From Eledone cirrhosa (lineage: Eukaryota), in contig CAXHJY010000961.1 of the NCBI GenBank assembly GCA_964016885.1, positions 119,033 to 183,032 of the forward strand: a stretch of DNA of 64,000 bases, given 5' to 3'. Under the pieces are notes generated by a model, which worked only from the letters and a program-made list of their open reading frames with translations, ran no database searches and was not told where the DNA came from. The translations under genes were made by a program, and so were the position numbers. Below are positions 13,123-27,567 of the stretch, one piece after another (position 1 is the first letter of the stretch; every line of letters starts with the position of its first letter).

Positions 13123-13681
13123 TGTATGTATGTATGTATGTATGTATGTATGTATGTATGTATGTATGTATGTATAGACATGCCTATATACATGTATATA
13201 CATGAAAAGATATGTATTGTGTGTGTGTGAGAGAGAGAGCGAGAGCGAGAGAGTGGGTGAGAGAGAGAGAGAGAGAGAGAGAGGGGGAGAGAGAGAAAGA
13301 GAGAGAGAGTGAGAGAGAGAGAGATATAATGACACTCTAATATAATTTTTTATATATATTACACATATACACATATACGAGTATATAGTGTATAATGAAA
13401 ATATGAAATGGAAGTGTCTGTATACATACAAACAGCGCAAATATTCATTTATTTTGATTCGTAAACACGCCGTCCATTTGCAACGAAGGTTTGATTTCAT
13501 GATTTAGTGACTCTTGTCTACACACAGACGACTGTGTATTCTTAAGCAGATTCGCCAGACGTTGTGACTAACAAACCTAGATTGTAGTTTTCACGTCTTG
13601 ATAGCTCATGAAACAATTTTTTGCATATGGAATAGCATTTGTAATACACACACACCACACCCGCAAATACATATGTATGTA

Positions 13682-13722
<41 letters not shown>

Positions 13723-13754
13723 AAAAGTTATGCTTTAATTCCTCAAAAAAAAGG

Positions 13755-14115
13755 GGTGGATTGGCAGTATCAGTAGAGCGACGGACAACATGTTTGAGTG
13801 CATATCACGAATACGTTAGCTTTGCATTCCTTCCCTAAGGGTTCGATAAAATAAAGTAGCTGCGATGCACTGTGGTCGATTTAATCGGCTTTCCCTTCCC
13901 CTAAAATTGTTGGCCTTATTCCTCAATTAGAAATCATTATTGAATTGGCAGTATCAGTAGAGGTTTGGACGCCATGCTTTCTAGCATAGTTACGTCCCTT
14001 TACGGTCTGAGTTCGAATCGCGCCGAGGTTAACTTTGCCTTTCATCCTTACGGGGGTCGATAAAATAAAGTACCAGTAATGTACTGACCTTGTGCCAAAA
14101 GTATAAACAATCATT
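13755..14115 (+). mobile_element. Two head-to-tail main SINE copies
   Basis: Two A-box/core/3'-tail sets joined by an ATT-rich linker. Confidence 0.85.
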
Positions 14116-15796
14116 ATAGCTTCTCTATGAATGCTGATATTGAGATTTCACGGATGCTTACGAAAAATTCTGGAGATTTTAAAGGTTGTGGTTAACGTAG
14201 TGCGTATAAAAAACTGGTAATGATCTCTTGTTGTTGAGTCTAACATTTGTTGATGAAGGCGATGTATAGATGTATAATTTGCATTAAACATTTCCGCTAG
14301 AAACATGGATCCATATCCAGGGACACAATATACAAAACATGTATGTACCTGTATCATTACCTTATCTCCAGATATAAGCACTATAACATTTGAATTCTCT
14401 TTATTTCATTGAGCTCTTTGCTAAAATTGTGCACGAAAAAATATGCTCATTATATTAAAGACATGTATTCCGCTTGCTAATATATACTTATACACACACA
14501 CAGAGACAGAGACGTGTGTGTGTGTGTGTGATTGTATGTATATATGTGTGTATATATATATATATCTGTGTGTGTGTGCATTACAGACATCAACATTTTT
14601 GTATATATGTATATATATATATGTATATTACACAGACATCAACATTCTTACATAAGCTAAAAGATATTCATGATTACGTGATACACATTACACCTCCTGG
14701 TTATTTGGAAATTGTAGTGGTAGAATGTAGAATGTAGACTTCATTGTGGTGGGGGAAGGGTGGGGTGGGGGGGAGCAATGTTAATGATGAAGGGAGGGGT
14801 GCTTTTCAACTGACATCTATGACAGAAAAACAACGACAGATACATAAAAAGATAGATAAATAAAAAGATAGATAGATAGATAAATAGATATCTTTCAGAT
14901 ACACAGACACACATTCAGACAGTTAGATAGATAGAGAGATAGCTAGACAGGCATATATATATATATATATATCGATAGATAGATAGATAGATAGGTAGGA
15001 AAGTATGTAGGTAGACGTGGAGAGAAAGGTATGGGAACATATTATATGTATAAAGAAAACCGTTTCATAGAATGCAAGGCGAGGGTAAATTGGATGCAAT
15101 AATGTAAATATACGACTAATAAACATAGCATAAACAATTATTATTATTATTATTACTATTATTATTATTAGAGAGACGATTAGGTTGTTTGGATAATAAA
15201 TTAAGTGCAGTTAACGCAACGGTGGCGGTGGTTGTGACTGTGGTGGATGTGGTGACGTTGTTTATGTTGTTGATAGTGGTGATGATGATTATGGTTATTG
15301 TTGTTTTTGGTGATACTGGCAATGGTAGTGGTGGTGGTGGTGGTGGTGTTTACGGTGATGTTTATGGTGATGATGATGATGCTAGAGACATGTATGTACT
15401 CGGTATAACCAAAGTATTCATGTGAAATAATTAGTTTGGAAAAAAATAAAACAACCAAATAGAAAAGAATAGCTGAAACATTTTAGAAAATGCACAGTAC
15501 CAAATAAAATATTTACATTAGCTTTCTATAGAACCTACAGAATTTGGTTTGTTTTGGTGATTCGGCTTGTCAGGCGATAAACGAAACTATTTTAAAACTT
15601 TCTCGTAGCTTGCACATATTAAAAACAGAAAATAAAATCCCCGAAACATCACGTTTATTTCTGAGAACATTTGTAAAAATATTATTTAATAAATACTGTT
15701 ATTCGAAGGCTCTGCCAATGCAAAATGGACGGAAGGTTTGGAATAAATTGAAGGCAACGAAAATGTTAGAATGTCACCTGTTATTTTATCTACTTG

Positions 15797-15834
15797 TCCT
15801 AATATTTCGGGCTTAAAATCCCTTCGTCAGAAGA
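15797..15834 (-). ncRNA. Minimal hammerhead-like motif
   Basis: Minus strand reads CTT-CTGACGA-A-GGG-ATTTTAAG-CCC-GAAA-TAT-TA-GGA. Core is intact; stem I is weak. Confidence 0.5.
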
Positions 15835-16149
15835 GTATATTGAGAAACTGGCTCGGAGTTGGTGCTTTTGATGTTAGAGGTTCATCATTTTTTCTTAGTA
15901 TTTATTGGGTTGGAGAGACAACATTGGAGAGACAACATATCTAGAAAAACATTTCATTCGGTGACAGTTTGACAATTTCAAGATATCCTGAGTCTGGATG
16001 TGCTGCCGTGAAGAATTGCTCTTTTGGGATAAATTCTACAAGCGGGTTAACACTGACTATTGAACCAATCAGAGTCGTGAGAAAAATGAAGAAGCCGTTC
16101 TCTGAAAAACTCTATTAACGTGTGGAGCAATGTCCTGCTACTGTTGGTG

Positions 16150-16680
16150 TAGATATAATGGACCTCTGTCGGTTTCAACGGGTTAAATCTACTTTCTCCA
16201 CCACCACTCAAAATTGCTGGCCTTGTGCCTCAATCAGAAACCATAAATATTAGAGGCGGTGCATTGGCGGTATCGGTAGAACGTTGGACAACATACTCTA
16301 CGGCATGGTGTTACGGCCTTTTACCCTCTGATTTCTAATTCTGTCAAAATTAGCTTTGCCTTTCATCCTTACGGGATCGATAAAATATAGTACCAGTCAC
16401 GCACTGGGGTCGATTTAATCAACTTTCCCTTCTCCAAATTGGTGGCCTTGCGCCTAAATCAGAAACCATTATTATTATGGTGGATTGGCAGTATCGGTAG
16501 AGGGTCGGACGCCATGCTTTGCAGCATAGAGTTACGCCCCTTTATGGTCTAAGTTCAAATCCCACCGAGGTTAATTTTGCCTTTCATCCTTACAGAGTCG
16601 ATAAAATAAAGTACCATTAATACACTGAGATATTTGCTGGCCTTGTGCCTAAAGTAGAAACAATTATTATTATTATTATT
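16150..16680 (+). mobile_element. Cluster of three main SINE copies (partial, long form, short form)
   Basis: Repeated cores and 3' tails ending in (ATT)n. Confidence 0.85.
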
Positions 16681-17062
16681 GTAGTTGCTGTTATCCTCCT
16701 TATTTCATTGTTTGAGAAAAGCATCAAAATTTTCCTTTCCTTAAAAAAAAACAAGAAGATATATCTTGAAAACCGTGCACCAGCATGCATGCCCAAATCT
16801 AACAGATAACACACAAGACTGCTCTAACAATTTTTACAGACCTCAGTGTTGATATTTTCCGCAACATTCTTTTGTCTATCATTGAAGTTAATCTGACAGT
16901 CTTCACAGAAATGCCGGTAAATCATTTCAGTTGTAACAATTACAAGCGGGACAATAGACGCATATCTTATCTGCCATAACATTGTTTTAATTCATAGTTA
17001 ACAATATTTAAAAATGAGAGTATTATTATTTTCTAGAACGTAACATTCTCTTCATTATAGAC

Positions 17063-17582
17063 AGGGCCGGTGTCTCCATATTCAAAACCAAGGAATTATA
17101 AATATAGGAATAAAAAATATAATTGAAGGGAATTACTAACATCGCCATATTTGTGACTACAGTAGTCTAACAATACAATGTATAGCCCCCTACAACAAAA
17201 CAAAAATGGGTTTTAACACCTTATATCCATTATTTTGTTTTTGTTTTGTTTTTTCGTTCTAGGGGCTTATACATAATACGTTCCTGAAGACCGTTCGTCG
17301 CTTGAAATGTTCGGAAAGGGAAATTATTTTTCCCATACGAAATGTTGGAGAGAGAGAGAAAGAGAGGGGGATGAGAGAGAGAGACTGTTTGTGATAGACA
17401 GATATCACCATAACAATAAGTAACTACACTACAAGTGACGCTTTCCCGCCGATACTCACACATTGTCACCAACCGTTGTTGCCGACTTACGTGTTCGTTA
17501 CTCGAGACACCGTTCGTCAACCAAGACAGTTTATTTACGGAAACATTGCCCCTTTGCCACCACCCCCATTTAATCCGGCCCT
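17063..17582. mobile_element. Putative MITE with AGGGCCGG terminal inverted repeats
   Basis: Starts AGGGCCGG and ends TAATCCGGCCCT. Similar termini bound 61717-61989 (AGGGTAGGATTTA ... TAAATCCGGTTCT). Confidence 0.4.
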
Positions 17583-17967
17583 ATCATCTCATAGAGTTTT
17601 AAATTTAAACTTGTCGTGCATTTGAGCCTTAGAAATCCACAGTAGAAATTGCTAAGCATTGGTATTTCGGCCATATAATATTTGGCACAATTTCCTCAGA
17701 CGGTTTAGTTGTGCAGACAATCTGGAAGATGTTAACTACAATAACCAGAGTGGTGCTATATAAGGCGAAAGTAGAGTGGAAAGGTTTTAAGGCCATTAAA
17801 CCAGGAGGTAAATATAGACTACGTAAAAGGACTATGGAGCTTTACTAAAGGTTTACATATATTTCTATGATTCAATATTAGTTTACACAGCGTCCATATC
17901 ACTATTGTGTTACTGTAACGATTTCTATTTTCTTTCTTTTCGCTTCACCCCCTTTATATATGTATAC

Positions 17968-18051
<84 letters not shown>

Positions 18052-18472
18052 TATATATACATATATATATATCATATATATACATATATATATACATATA
18101 TATATCATATATATACATATATATATCATATATATATCATATATATACATATATATATCATATATATATCATATATATACATATATATATATAATATATA
18201 TATCATATATATACATATATATATCATATATATACATATATATATATAATATATATATCACATATATACATATATATATCATATATACATATATATACAT
18301 ATATATACATATATATACCATATATATATATATATATCATATATATACACATATATACATGTATATATATATATATATATCATATATATAAATATATATA
18401 CATATATATATATATCATATATATACATATATATATATCATATATACATATATATATATACATATTTATAAC

Positions 18473-18503
<31 letters not shown>

Positions 18504-18546
18504 CATATATACATATATATACATATATATATATATACATATATAC

Positions 18547-18579
<33 letters not shown>

Positions 18580-18630
18580 CATATTTATATATATATACAT
18601 ATATATATACGTATATATATATACATATAT

Positions 18631-19233
18631 ATGGTGGCTGCCAACTCGTTTTCGAGTACGGCCACTACTTTATATCCATGTAGGAGAACCCCTACCAATG
18701 CGCTGAACGAGTGTGACTTTTTAGTCCAGCCAGCGACTTGAAAACTCTGGTACAAACACTACACTTGTGACAATTATTGACACATAGTGCTGGGCCCATG
18801 GTACCATGTGACGACAAGTGCAGAGAGATCTCCAGATATAAAGCAATGCCTGTGCCGTGAAGCTTTTATAGTGAGCAAAGGCACTGCACAAAGCCAGTCC
18901 CACTCTCTTAACCAAGATGATATTTACCAAAAAGAAGAACAAGTCAACATCATTGGATACCATCAGGGTTGCAGGTGTTATATCAGAGTTTTCCTTCTCC
19001 TAGAATTCTGCCTTGACAAAGACTAAGGGGTCATCTCTCCCGGTGATTTTGGATGGCCATTGACTCTTAAGAGTAGCTCTTTGACAGGTTTTGTTTTTAG
19101 TCCTGCAGGATGTCCAAAGTCACCCTCCTCACCAAGAAACCTTGGTGGGGTTGCCAGTTTAGTCGCCAACGACCCGACCATGGGACAGGTTGTACTGGGA
19201 TACATGTTACCAGTAGCACCAACTGGTGACCTG
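18631..19233 (-). mobile_element. Bipartite, internally deleted RTE-derived non-autonomous retroelement
   Basis: The 5' part resembles RTE 5' UTRs (..CTAGGAGAAGGAAAACTCTGAT..) and matches 41751-41900. The 3' part encodes [25 protein letters not shown] (18692-18769) and ends in CTCGAAAACGAG-TTGGCAGCCACC, like the copy at 11110. Flanked by (TA)n. Confidence 0.7.
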
Positions 19234-19487
19234 ACATATATATATACATATATATATATACATATATATATATACATATATATACACACACACATATATA
19301 TATATATATACAAACATATATATACATATATATATACATATATATATATACATATATATATATACATATATATACACACACACATATATATATATATACA
19401 AACATATATATACATATATATATACATATATATATAGATACATATACATATATAAATATATATATATACATACATATACATATATAC

Positions 19488-19532
<45 letters not shown>

Positions 19533-19682
19533 TATATACATATATATCTATATATTATATATATATACATATATATATATCATATATAAACATATATATA
19601 TCATATATATATCATATATATATATTCATATATATATCATATATATACATATATATATATCATATATATATATATACGTATA

Positions 19683-19716
<34 letters not shown>

Positions 19717-20090
19717 CATATATATACATATATACATATATATACATATATATATCATATATATATATACATATATATATATATCATATATATACACATA
19801 TATATATATCATATATATATCATATATATACATATATATCATATATATCATATATATATACATATATATCATATTTATACATATATATCATATATATACA
19901 TATATATTATATATATACATATATATTATAAATATACATATATATTATATATATACATATATATTATATATATACATATATAGTATATATATACATATAT
20001 ATTATATATATATACATATATATTATATATATATTATATATATATATATATATATTACGCATACATATTATATACATATATTCACATATT

Positions 20091-20208
<118 letters not shown>

Positions 20209-20211
20209 TAA

Positions 20212-20270
<59 letters not shown>

Positions 20271-20632
20271 CCACTGTAGAGAGTGTAGAATTTCGAAAGA
20301 GATATTAGATTCCATACTGTTTATACAAACATTTCTTAATCCCTGACACATAAAACCCCCTTCAATCACATTGTTATTTTATACAAAAGAAATCAGGTTG
20401 TCGGCTGCAATAGACAGTACATATTGCAGCCGACAACTTGATATGATCTGGATAATTGTACAAACGCATAAGTTTATATAGAGGTTTTGCTATACAAAAC
20501 AAAACAATGAAAAATATAAGATAATAATCAGCTAACATGTAAAATAAATATTTCAGCTACAATGGATGGTTTCTCAATGAAACCGATTCAAGAAATTTTG
20601 TTTACTGAAAGTCTGTTACTCTGTTACACTAT

Positions 20633-20690
<58 letters not shown>

Positions 20691-20693
<3 letters not shown>

Positions 20694-20862
20694 CGAAGGA
20701 GTTGTGGTAAGGAACCAGATGGACCATAACGCACCAGAGTACTCAATACTTAGGGTAGTAGAGTGGGTAATAGGAGAAAGTATGACCCCGACGGCAGAGC
20801 TCAAGCCGTTTCGACGGCAATTTCTGGTCTAACTAAGCTCTGCCATCGGGGTCATACTTTCT

Positions 20863-20865
<3 letters not shown>
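20691..20865 (-). mobile_element. Hairpin-bearing element, copy 2
   Basis: Reverse-complement homology to 1697-1888, with a shortened hairpin arm. Flanked by (TA)n. Confidence 0.8.
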
Positions 20866-20919
<54 letters not shown>

Positions 20920-21310
20920 CACATATTCTACTTACTTTCCCCCACATACTACGTCCGGCCTCTAGCCGCAATGTTGCCGAATTATTGGAATCAATTAATG
21001 GCATATTATATTCGTAAACGGTAAACTAACGCTCTTTAAAACTGTTTCTCTGCAGTCATATAAAGAAAGGAAAGAAGAAAATATTCTTTTAATAGGAATA
21101 TATATATATATATATATATATAATATAATGCGTGTGTATGGGTGTCTTTATATATATGTATCAGAACAATGCTATAAACCAAAGGAAAGAGAGTCTAAGA
21201 CAGCAAGCTGTGTGACCTTCAGACTGTCAGGAAATTGTACAATAGATATGTTGCCTTTAACCAATATTTTAGAAAAGTTGGCGTTGGCAACAGTTATGCT
21301 ACACTGTATA

Positions 21311-21503
<193 letters not shown>

Positions 21504-21508
21504 GTATA

Positions 21509-21619
<111 letters not shown>

Positions 21620-21622
21620 GTA

Positions 21623-21767
<145 letters not shown>

Positions 21768-21834
21768 TGACGAAACATAAGTCAATTGCATGAACTCATA
21801 AAATACATGTATGTTCGTATGTGCCTGTATGTGG

Positions 21835-21914
<80 letters not shown>

Positions 21915-22035
21915 TATGTATGCGTTTGTTTGTTTGTTTGTGATATATATATACACACACTCGTGAGGATAATTATGCATATAACTGTAGTATATATATG
22001 TATGTATATATAGATAACGATGGAAAGATATATTC

Positions 22036-22066
<31 letters not shown>

Positions 22067-22569
22067 CACATCCAGTGGCTTACATGTATATAAATATAAA
22101 TATGTATTCGTGTGTTTATACGTAATTTACACAAATAAGTTTGTACGGAAAAAACATATTTACACATTCTCTGTGTCTCTTTCCATAGTTCTTCTTCTCT
22201 AACACACACACACACATACACATACTCCCGCCTCTCTCTCTGTCACACACATATACACACTCACACACACACACACTTTCTCTCCCTTTGTCACACACAC
22301 ACTACCTATCTTTATTTCCCCTCACTCTCTCTATCACACACACGCTCTCCCTCAATGTCCCCATCTAAATCAGTTACTCTCTCTCTCTCTCTCTCTCCCT
22401 CTCGTTACTTTGGAGTTTCTTCTGTGTATTCACAGAGGGACTCCAGAGTAACAAGATTCAAACTTGTCCTTAATAAAAAACAATAGTAATCTCCACAAAA
22501 GTATTGAGTACTCATTCTCGCACCGTCAATACTAAGTGGACACAACTTACACACATTATATATATGGCA

Positions 22570-22859
22570 ATCCTGCTGAGGTTAACTTTGCCTTTCATCC
22601 TTACGTGGTCGATAAAATAAAGTACTAGTTATGCACTGGGATAATTGCTGGCCTTGTGCCAAAAGTAGACACAATTATATATATGGCAATATCGGTAGAG
22701 GGTCTGACGCCATGCTTTGCAGCAAAGAGTTACAGCCCTTTTTGGTCTGAGTTCAAATCCCGCCGAGGTTAACTTTGCCTTTCATCCTTACGGGGTCGAT
22801 AAAATAAAGTACCAGTAATACACTAGGATAACTGCTGGCCTTGTGCCAAAAGTAGAAAC

Positions 22860-22865
<6 letters not shown>
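22570..22865 (+). mobile_element. Partial plus full main SINE copies in tandem
   Basis: Core and 3' tail occur twice. Confidence 0.85.
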
Positions 22866-22896
<31 letters not shown>

Positions 22897-23014
22897 GAAA
22901 TTCAGGACACCAACGGCTGAGCTCCGGCCGTTTCGACAGCTAGATCCGAAGTGGTCCACCTGGTATTTTACCACACCCTATCTGATATATATATATTATA
23001 TATATATATATATA

Positions 23015-23054
<40 letters not shown>

Positions 23055-23302
23055 TTTTCCTTCCAAATGGCTCCCTATACACATACCCTTTGTTTTTTTT
23101 CTAAAAAAAAAAAGAAAGAATTTTCTGTTCCATCCTCTTCTCACTCTCTATCTTTCTATTTCATCTTTTATTTCTCATTCCATCTTTTGATGAAGGACTG
23201 CGTCCGAAATTTTAAGAATCTTTTCGTACTATATCAAGCAATAAACTAATATATTTCTTCATTGTACAGAGACGCCTGCTTTGTTGTTTCTTTTTTACAT
23301 TT

Positions 23303-23356
<54 letters not shown>

Positions 23357-23643
23357 TAGATACACACTTTCATAATTTGCGGTTAATATCAATATTCTGG
23401 ACGACAAAAAAATGCGTTCAACCTTCCCCCTGCAATAGTTACACATAGTGATCATACGTGTGGTTATAAATATACATAAACCCGCTAAAGCGATGCATGA
23501 CTGTCTGTATAGAGTATGAACTCCTGGATAGTGAGGTCAAACTAAATATATCACCTCTCCTCAATATTAATTCAGTCCGTCCATTTTGATATTAGAACCG
23601 TTGGTTTTCATCACAGTATTGTTTGTTGTATCATTTAGAATGT

Positions 23644-23885
23644 GCGTGGCTTAGTGGTTAGTGTTTTCGCATGAAGATCGTAAGGTCGTGAGTTTGATTC
23701 TCGGCAGTATATTATGTCCTTGAGCAAGACACTTTATTTCACATTGCTCCAGTCCATTCATCAGGTGTAACTGTAAATAGAAGGGCCAGTTTGTATTGCC
23801 ACATTCTGATACACGCTGAATTTCACCGAGAACTACGTTATGGGGATGGGTGTCTGTGGGATGCTCGGGCACTTGTATATATTTG
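23644..23885 (+). mobile_element. Second tRNA-derived SINE family, copy 1
   Basis: A box TGGCTTAGTGG, B-box-like GAGTTTGATTC, and a TCCTTGAGCAAGACACTTTATTTCAcATTGCTCCAGT core shared with 41021-41420. Confidence 0.75.
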
Positions 23886-23939
23886 ATATAAAATAATAAT
23901 ACCGCAAACACCACCCCCACCCCCACCACTGCTGTAAAC

Positions 23940-24759
23940 ACTACCGTAACCACCACCAGCACCACTACAACCACACTACCGTAACCACTACCATAACCAC
24001 CACACCATAACCACCACCACTACCATAACCACTACAGCACCACTACCATAACAATCACTACCATAACCACCACAACCACTACCATAACCACCACAGCACC
24101 ACTACCATAACCACTACAGCACCACTACCATAACCACTACAGCACCACTACCATAACCACTTACAGCACCACTACCATAACCACTACAGCACCACTACCA
24201 TAACCACCACAGCACCACCACCACTACAGCACCACTACCATAACAACCACCACAGCACCACTACATAACCAGTACAACCGTAACCACAAACAACAACTAC
24301 TACTACTACTACTACAGTATCATCAAGATTAACACTACAACAACAATATAACAATAACAACAACATCGACAACAACTCCTACTACTTCTACTACTACTAC
24401 TACATACTACTACTACTATTACTAATACTACAGCAACAGGAAGACCTACACAACAAACAATAAAACTACAACAGCAACAACAACAAATAAAACTACTACT
24501 ACTACTACTACGACGACAATAAAACCATTACTACTACTACTACTACTACTACAACTACTACGACGACGACGACGACAATAAAACCATTACTATTACTACT
24601 ACTACTACTACTACTACGACGACAATAAAACCTATTACTACTACTACTACTTACTACTACAACTACTACGACGACGACGACGACAATAAAACCATTACTA
24701 TTACTACTACTACTTCTACTACTACTACGACAACAAAACTATTACTACTACTTCTACTT

Positions 24760-24790
<31 letters not shown>

Positions 24791-24922
24791 GACAACAAAA
24801 CTATTACTATTACTACAACTCTACTACTACTACTACAATATAATAAAAGTACTATTACTACTACTACAATATAATAAAACTACTACTACTACTACTACTA
24901 CGATAACAAAAACTACATCTAT

Positions 24923-24975
<53 letters not shown>

Positions 24976-24990
24976 TTACTACTACTACAT
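23940..24990. repeat. Compound (ACC/ACT)n, (ACA)n and (CTA)n-derived degenerate repeats
   Basis: Direct reading. Confidence 0.9.
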
Positions 24991-24997
24991 AATAATA

Positions 24998-25940
24998 ATG
25001 TTTTCTTTATTAACCACAAGGGTTTACATAAAGTAGACATTAAGGACAGTACAGGACAATACAGGACGGTACAAATGGGCATTTCTGCGTGTAAAAAAAA
25101 AAAAAAACAGGATGTAACAAAAAAATAACAATGAAAAATTCCCCAATACGGGGGAGACTTCCGAGGGACATTCGTGGAGAAAGCCCATTAAAAAGCCACA
25201 GTGACCCTGACCGCCAGGGCAAGTGCCCTCTCCCACTTTTCCACCTTTAATTTACCAACACATACTCAGAGTTCTGGCCTCTCTCACCCATCTTTCAACA
25301 AAATGCTGGGAAGAGAACACTTCCCTCTTTACCCTGATTTTCCTTTTCAAATGAAATTTGAAAAAATTAATTAAGGCATCACCGAAGAGGTAAGTGCTCG
25401 TCTTCAGCCCTTTCAAACGTGTCCACCATACTCTCTCTTTCGCCATGGCCACCAGACAGATAAAAATTGCCTGCCCTTCCCGGCTAAAGGAAGAGGACGG
25501 GGCAATCCTCACGATGGACTCAGCTGATAGCTGGATCCGTCCTACATGCGACAGCAGGTGTTCGACATAAACTCACAAGTCAGCAATGCTCGGACACTGG
25601 ACGAGTGCGTGCAGGACGGTTTCGTCGCCCTGCGCGCATCTCGGACATGCCCGGCTGACGGCACCTCCATGCTGTAGAGTTTATCCCGAACTGGCAAAGC
25701 TCCTCGGTAGCACTGCCAGGCCAGGGATTTCTGGAAGTTGTCCATAGGCCCCGGCCCGAAAGTTCTTCCGAAGAGATTGGCTAGTTGATTTTCGTCGACG
25801 CCTAGAGTTTTTCCCCAAGTACGTCGTCGCTCTTCCCCTCTACTAATCCTCTATAGAACGCCAAGGTGGAGTTTCCACCGATCACATTGCCCGATTGGTC
25901 GAGGGCTGTGAGCGCCTGAAGGCATTCCAGTCTCCAAGCT
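24998..25940 (-). mobile_element. 5'-truncated L1/Tx1-type LINE (ORF2 C-terminus plus 3' UTR), degenerate
   Basis: Across a frameshift and a stop: NFQKSLAWQCYRGALPVRDKLY..SRACPRCAQGDETVLHALVQCPSIADL*VYVEHLL..AMAKERVWWTRLK..FFKFHLKRKIR (zf-RVT-type CCHC). The 3' tail CCCTTGTGGTTAATAAAGAAAACATTATT runs into a (TAG/TAA)n tract. Confidence 0.85.
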
Positions 25941-25973
25941 CTACTACTACTACGATAATAAAACTACTTCTAT

Positions 25974-26017
<44 letters not shown>

Positions 26018-27149
26018 TTATTATTATTATTACTACTACTACACAACACCAACAGTAAGTTTTCTACAACAACAACAAGTAATAGCAATAAAACCCGAAT
26101 AATTCCTCAATTATCACTAATGTCAACAACATCGCGTCACATTTACATGACACCAACAGCCACTCCTCTACCGTCTCCACCTCTTTCTAACACCGCACCA
26201 CCTCCACTACCACCTACACCACCACCACTAACACATCCACACCACTAACACATCCACCACCACCTGCACTACTACCACCTGTACCACCACCACCACTGCC
26301 GCCGCCGACACCATCGTTTATATAGATTGTCTAAATTGAACAGTGGAACATTTTGTATGATAATCCAATCATGTACATTTCTCACGGAAATTTACTGTAA
26401 TGGAGATGCATTACTATGGAAGAAAATTTTCAGAAATCGCTGTTATCCGAAATCAAGTGACCCAGATGTTCAATGATGTGGTCACCATTAAAACCAATAC
26501 ATTGACCAATAGTGATATGAGAGATATGAGATGAGAAGATCAATGACAAGCCACTATTAGAGACAGACGAACAAAGAAAGATGGCAGTCTTGTATTCACT
26601 AACAATGCTTCATTGGTCAAAGTCATTTTCTATAAAAACTATTCGGTGTATAGTGTGCAGTTAACATCGTTGAATATCTTAACGGCTACTTTGATCGCTG
26701 CGATTGGTCTGCTTAATATTTAATGAGCTAGAAGTCAATATTGTTTGACCAAAGGCATTAAAACTTCATTTAATCGCCCAACAAACATTTGGCCTCGCTT
26801 CTCATGCATCAGAAAGTCCATTAGTACACCTATATCGAGGTCTGTTATTACTAATTTGTTTTACTTCCAGAAAAAGAACTGCTGCCGCTGTCCGTGTGAA
26901 AACACCATCACACATCAATCATTATTCAGTTGTGCTTTATATGCTTACTCATTCAATGTCCCAAGTTCACAAAGCGATTTAAGGACCTTACAGAAAGGGT
27001 ACTATCAGTTACATGCAACTTTGTATAAATTAAATATTACCATATATATATATATGCATGAATGTATGCAAGAGGCAAACAGAAATAACAAAGCAAACGG
27101 CACAGTACAATGAAGAAATATATTATTTTGCGCTTGATAAAGTAGGAAA

Positions 27150-27190
27150 AGTGTCTCAAGGTTTCGGACGGTAGTCCTTCATCAGAAAAT
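27150..27190 (-). ncRNA. Hammerhead-like motif (decayed)
   Basis: Minus strand reads TTTT-CTGATGA-A-GGAC-TACC-GTCC-GAAA-CCTTG. A related + strand copy at about 23184-23222 reads TTGATGA-A-GGAC-TGC-GTCC-GAAA-TTTTA. Confidence 0.5.
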
Positions 27191-27476
27191 AGAATGAGAA
27201 ATTAAAGAAGAAATAGAAAGATTGAGGAGACGGTCAGGGGTAGAAATGAAAAAAAAAAAAATGTTGTAGAGGAAAAACAGGTCAATTCACGCCGCCATCT
27301 TTAATATATATATAGTGGTAATAGCATGGTATAGAGAAACTCAAAACCGTAGGACATGTATATAATTATTAAGGCCGGTTACTACAAAGGTACACTACCA
27401 GGAACGTGAGTTTAGTTGGAGTGGAGAGCCAACTTGTTCAACCTGTGCGTGTATCATACCATTGTAGTAACAGGCC

Positions 27477-27566
<90 letters not shown>

Positions 27567-27567
<1 letters not shown>

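Noticed and set aside
14148-14381. 77-aa non-repetitive ORF; also open frames near 15940-16115 and 26745-27113
   Set aside because: No recognisable domain or convincing exon structure.
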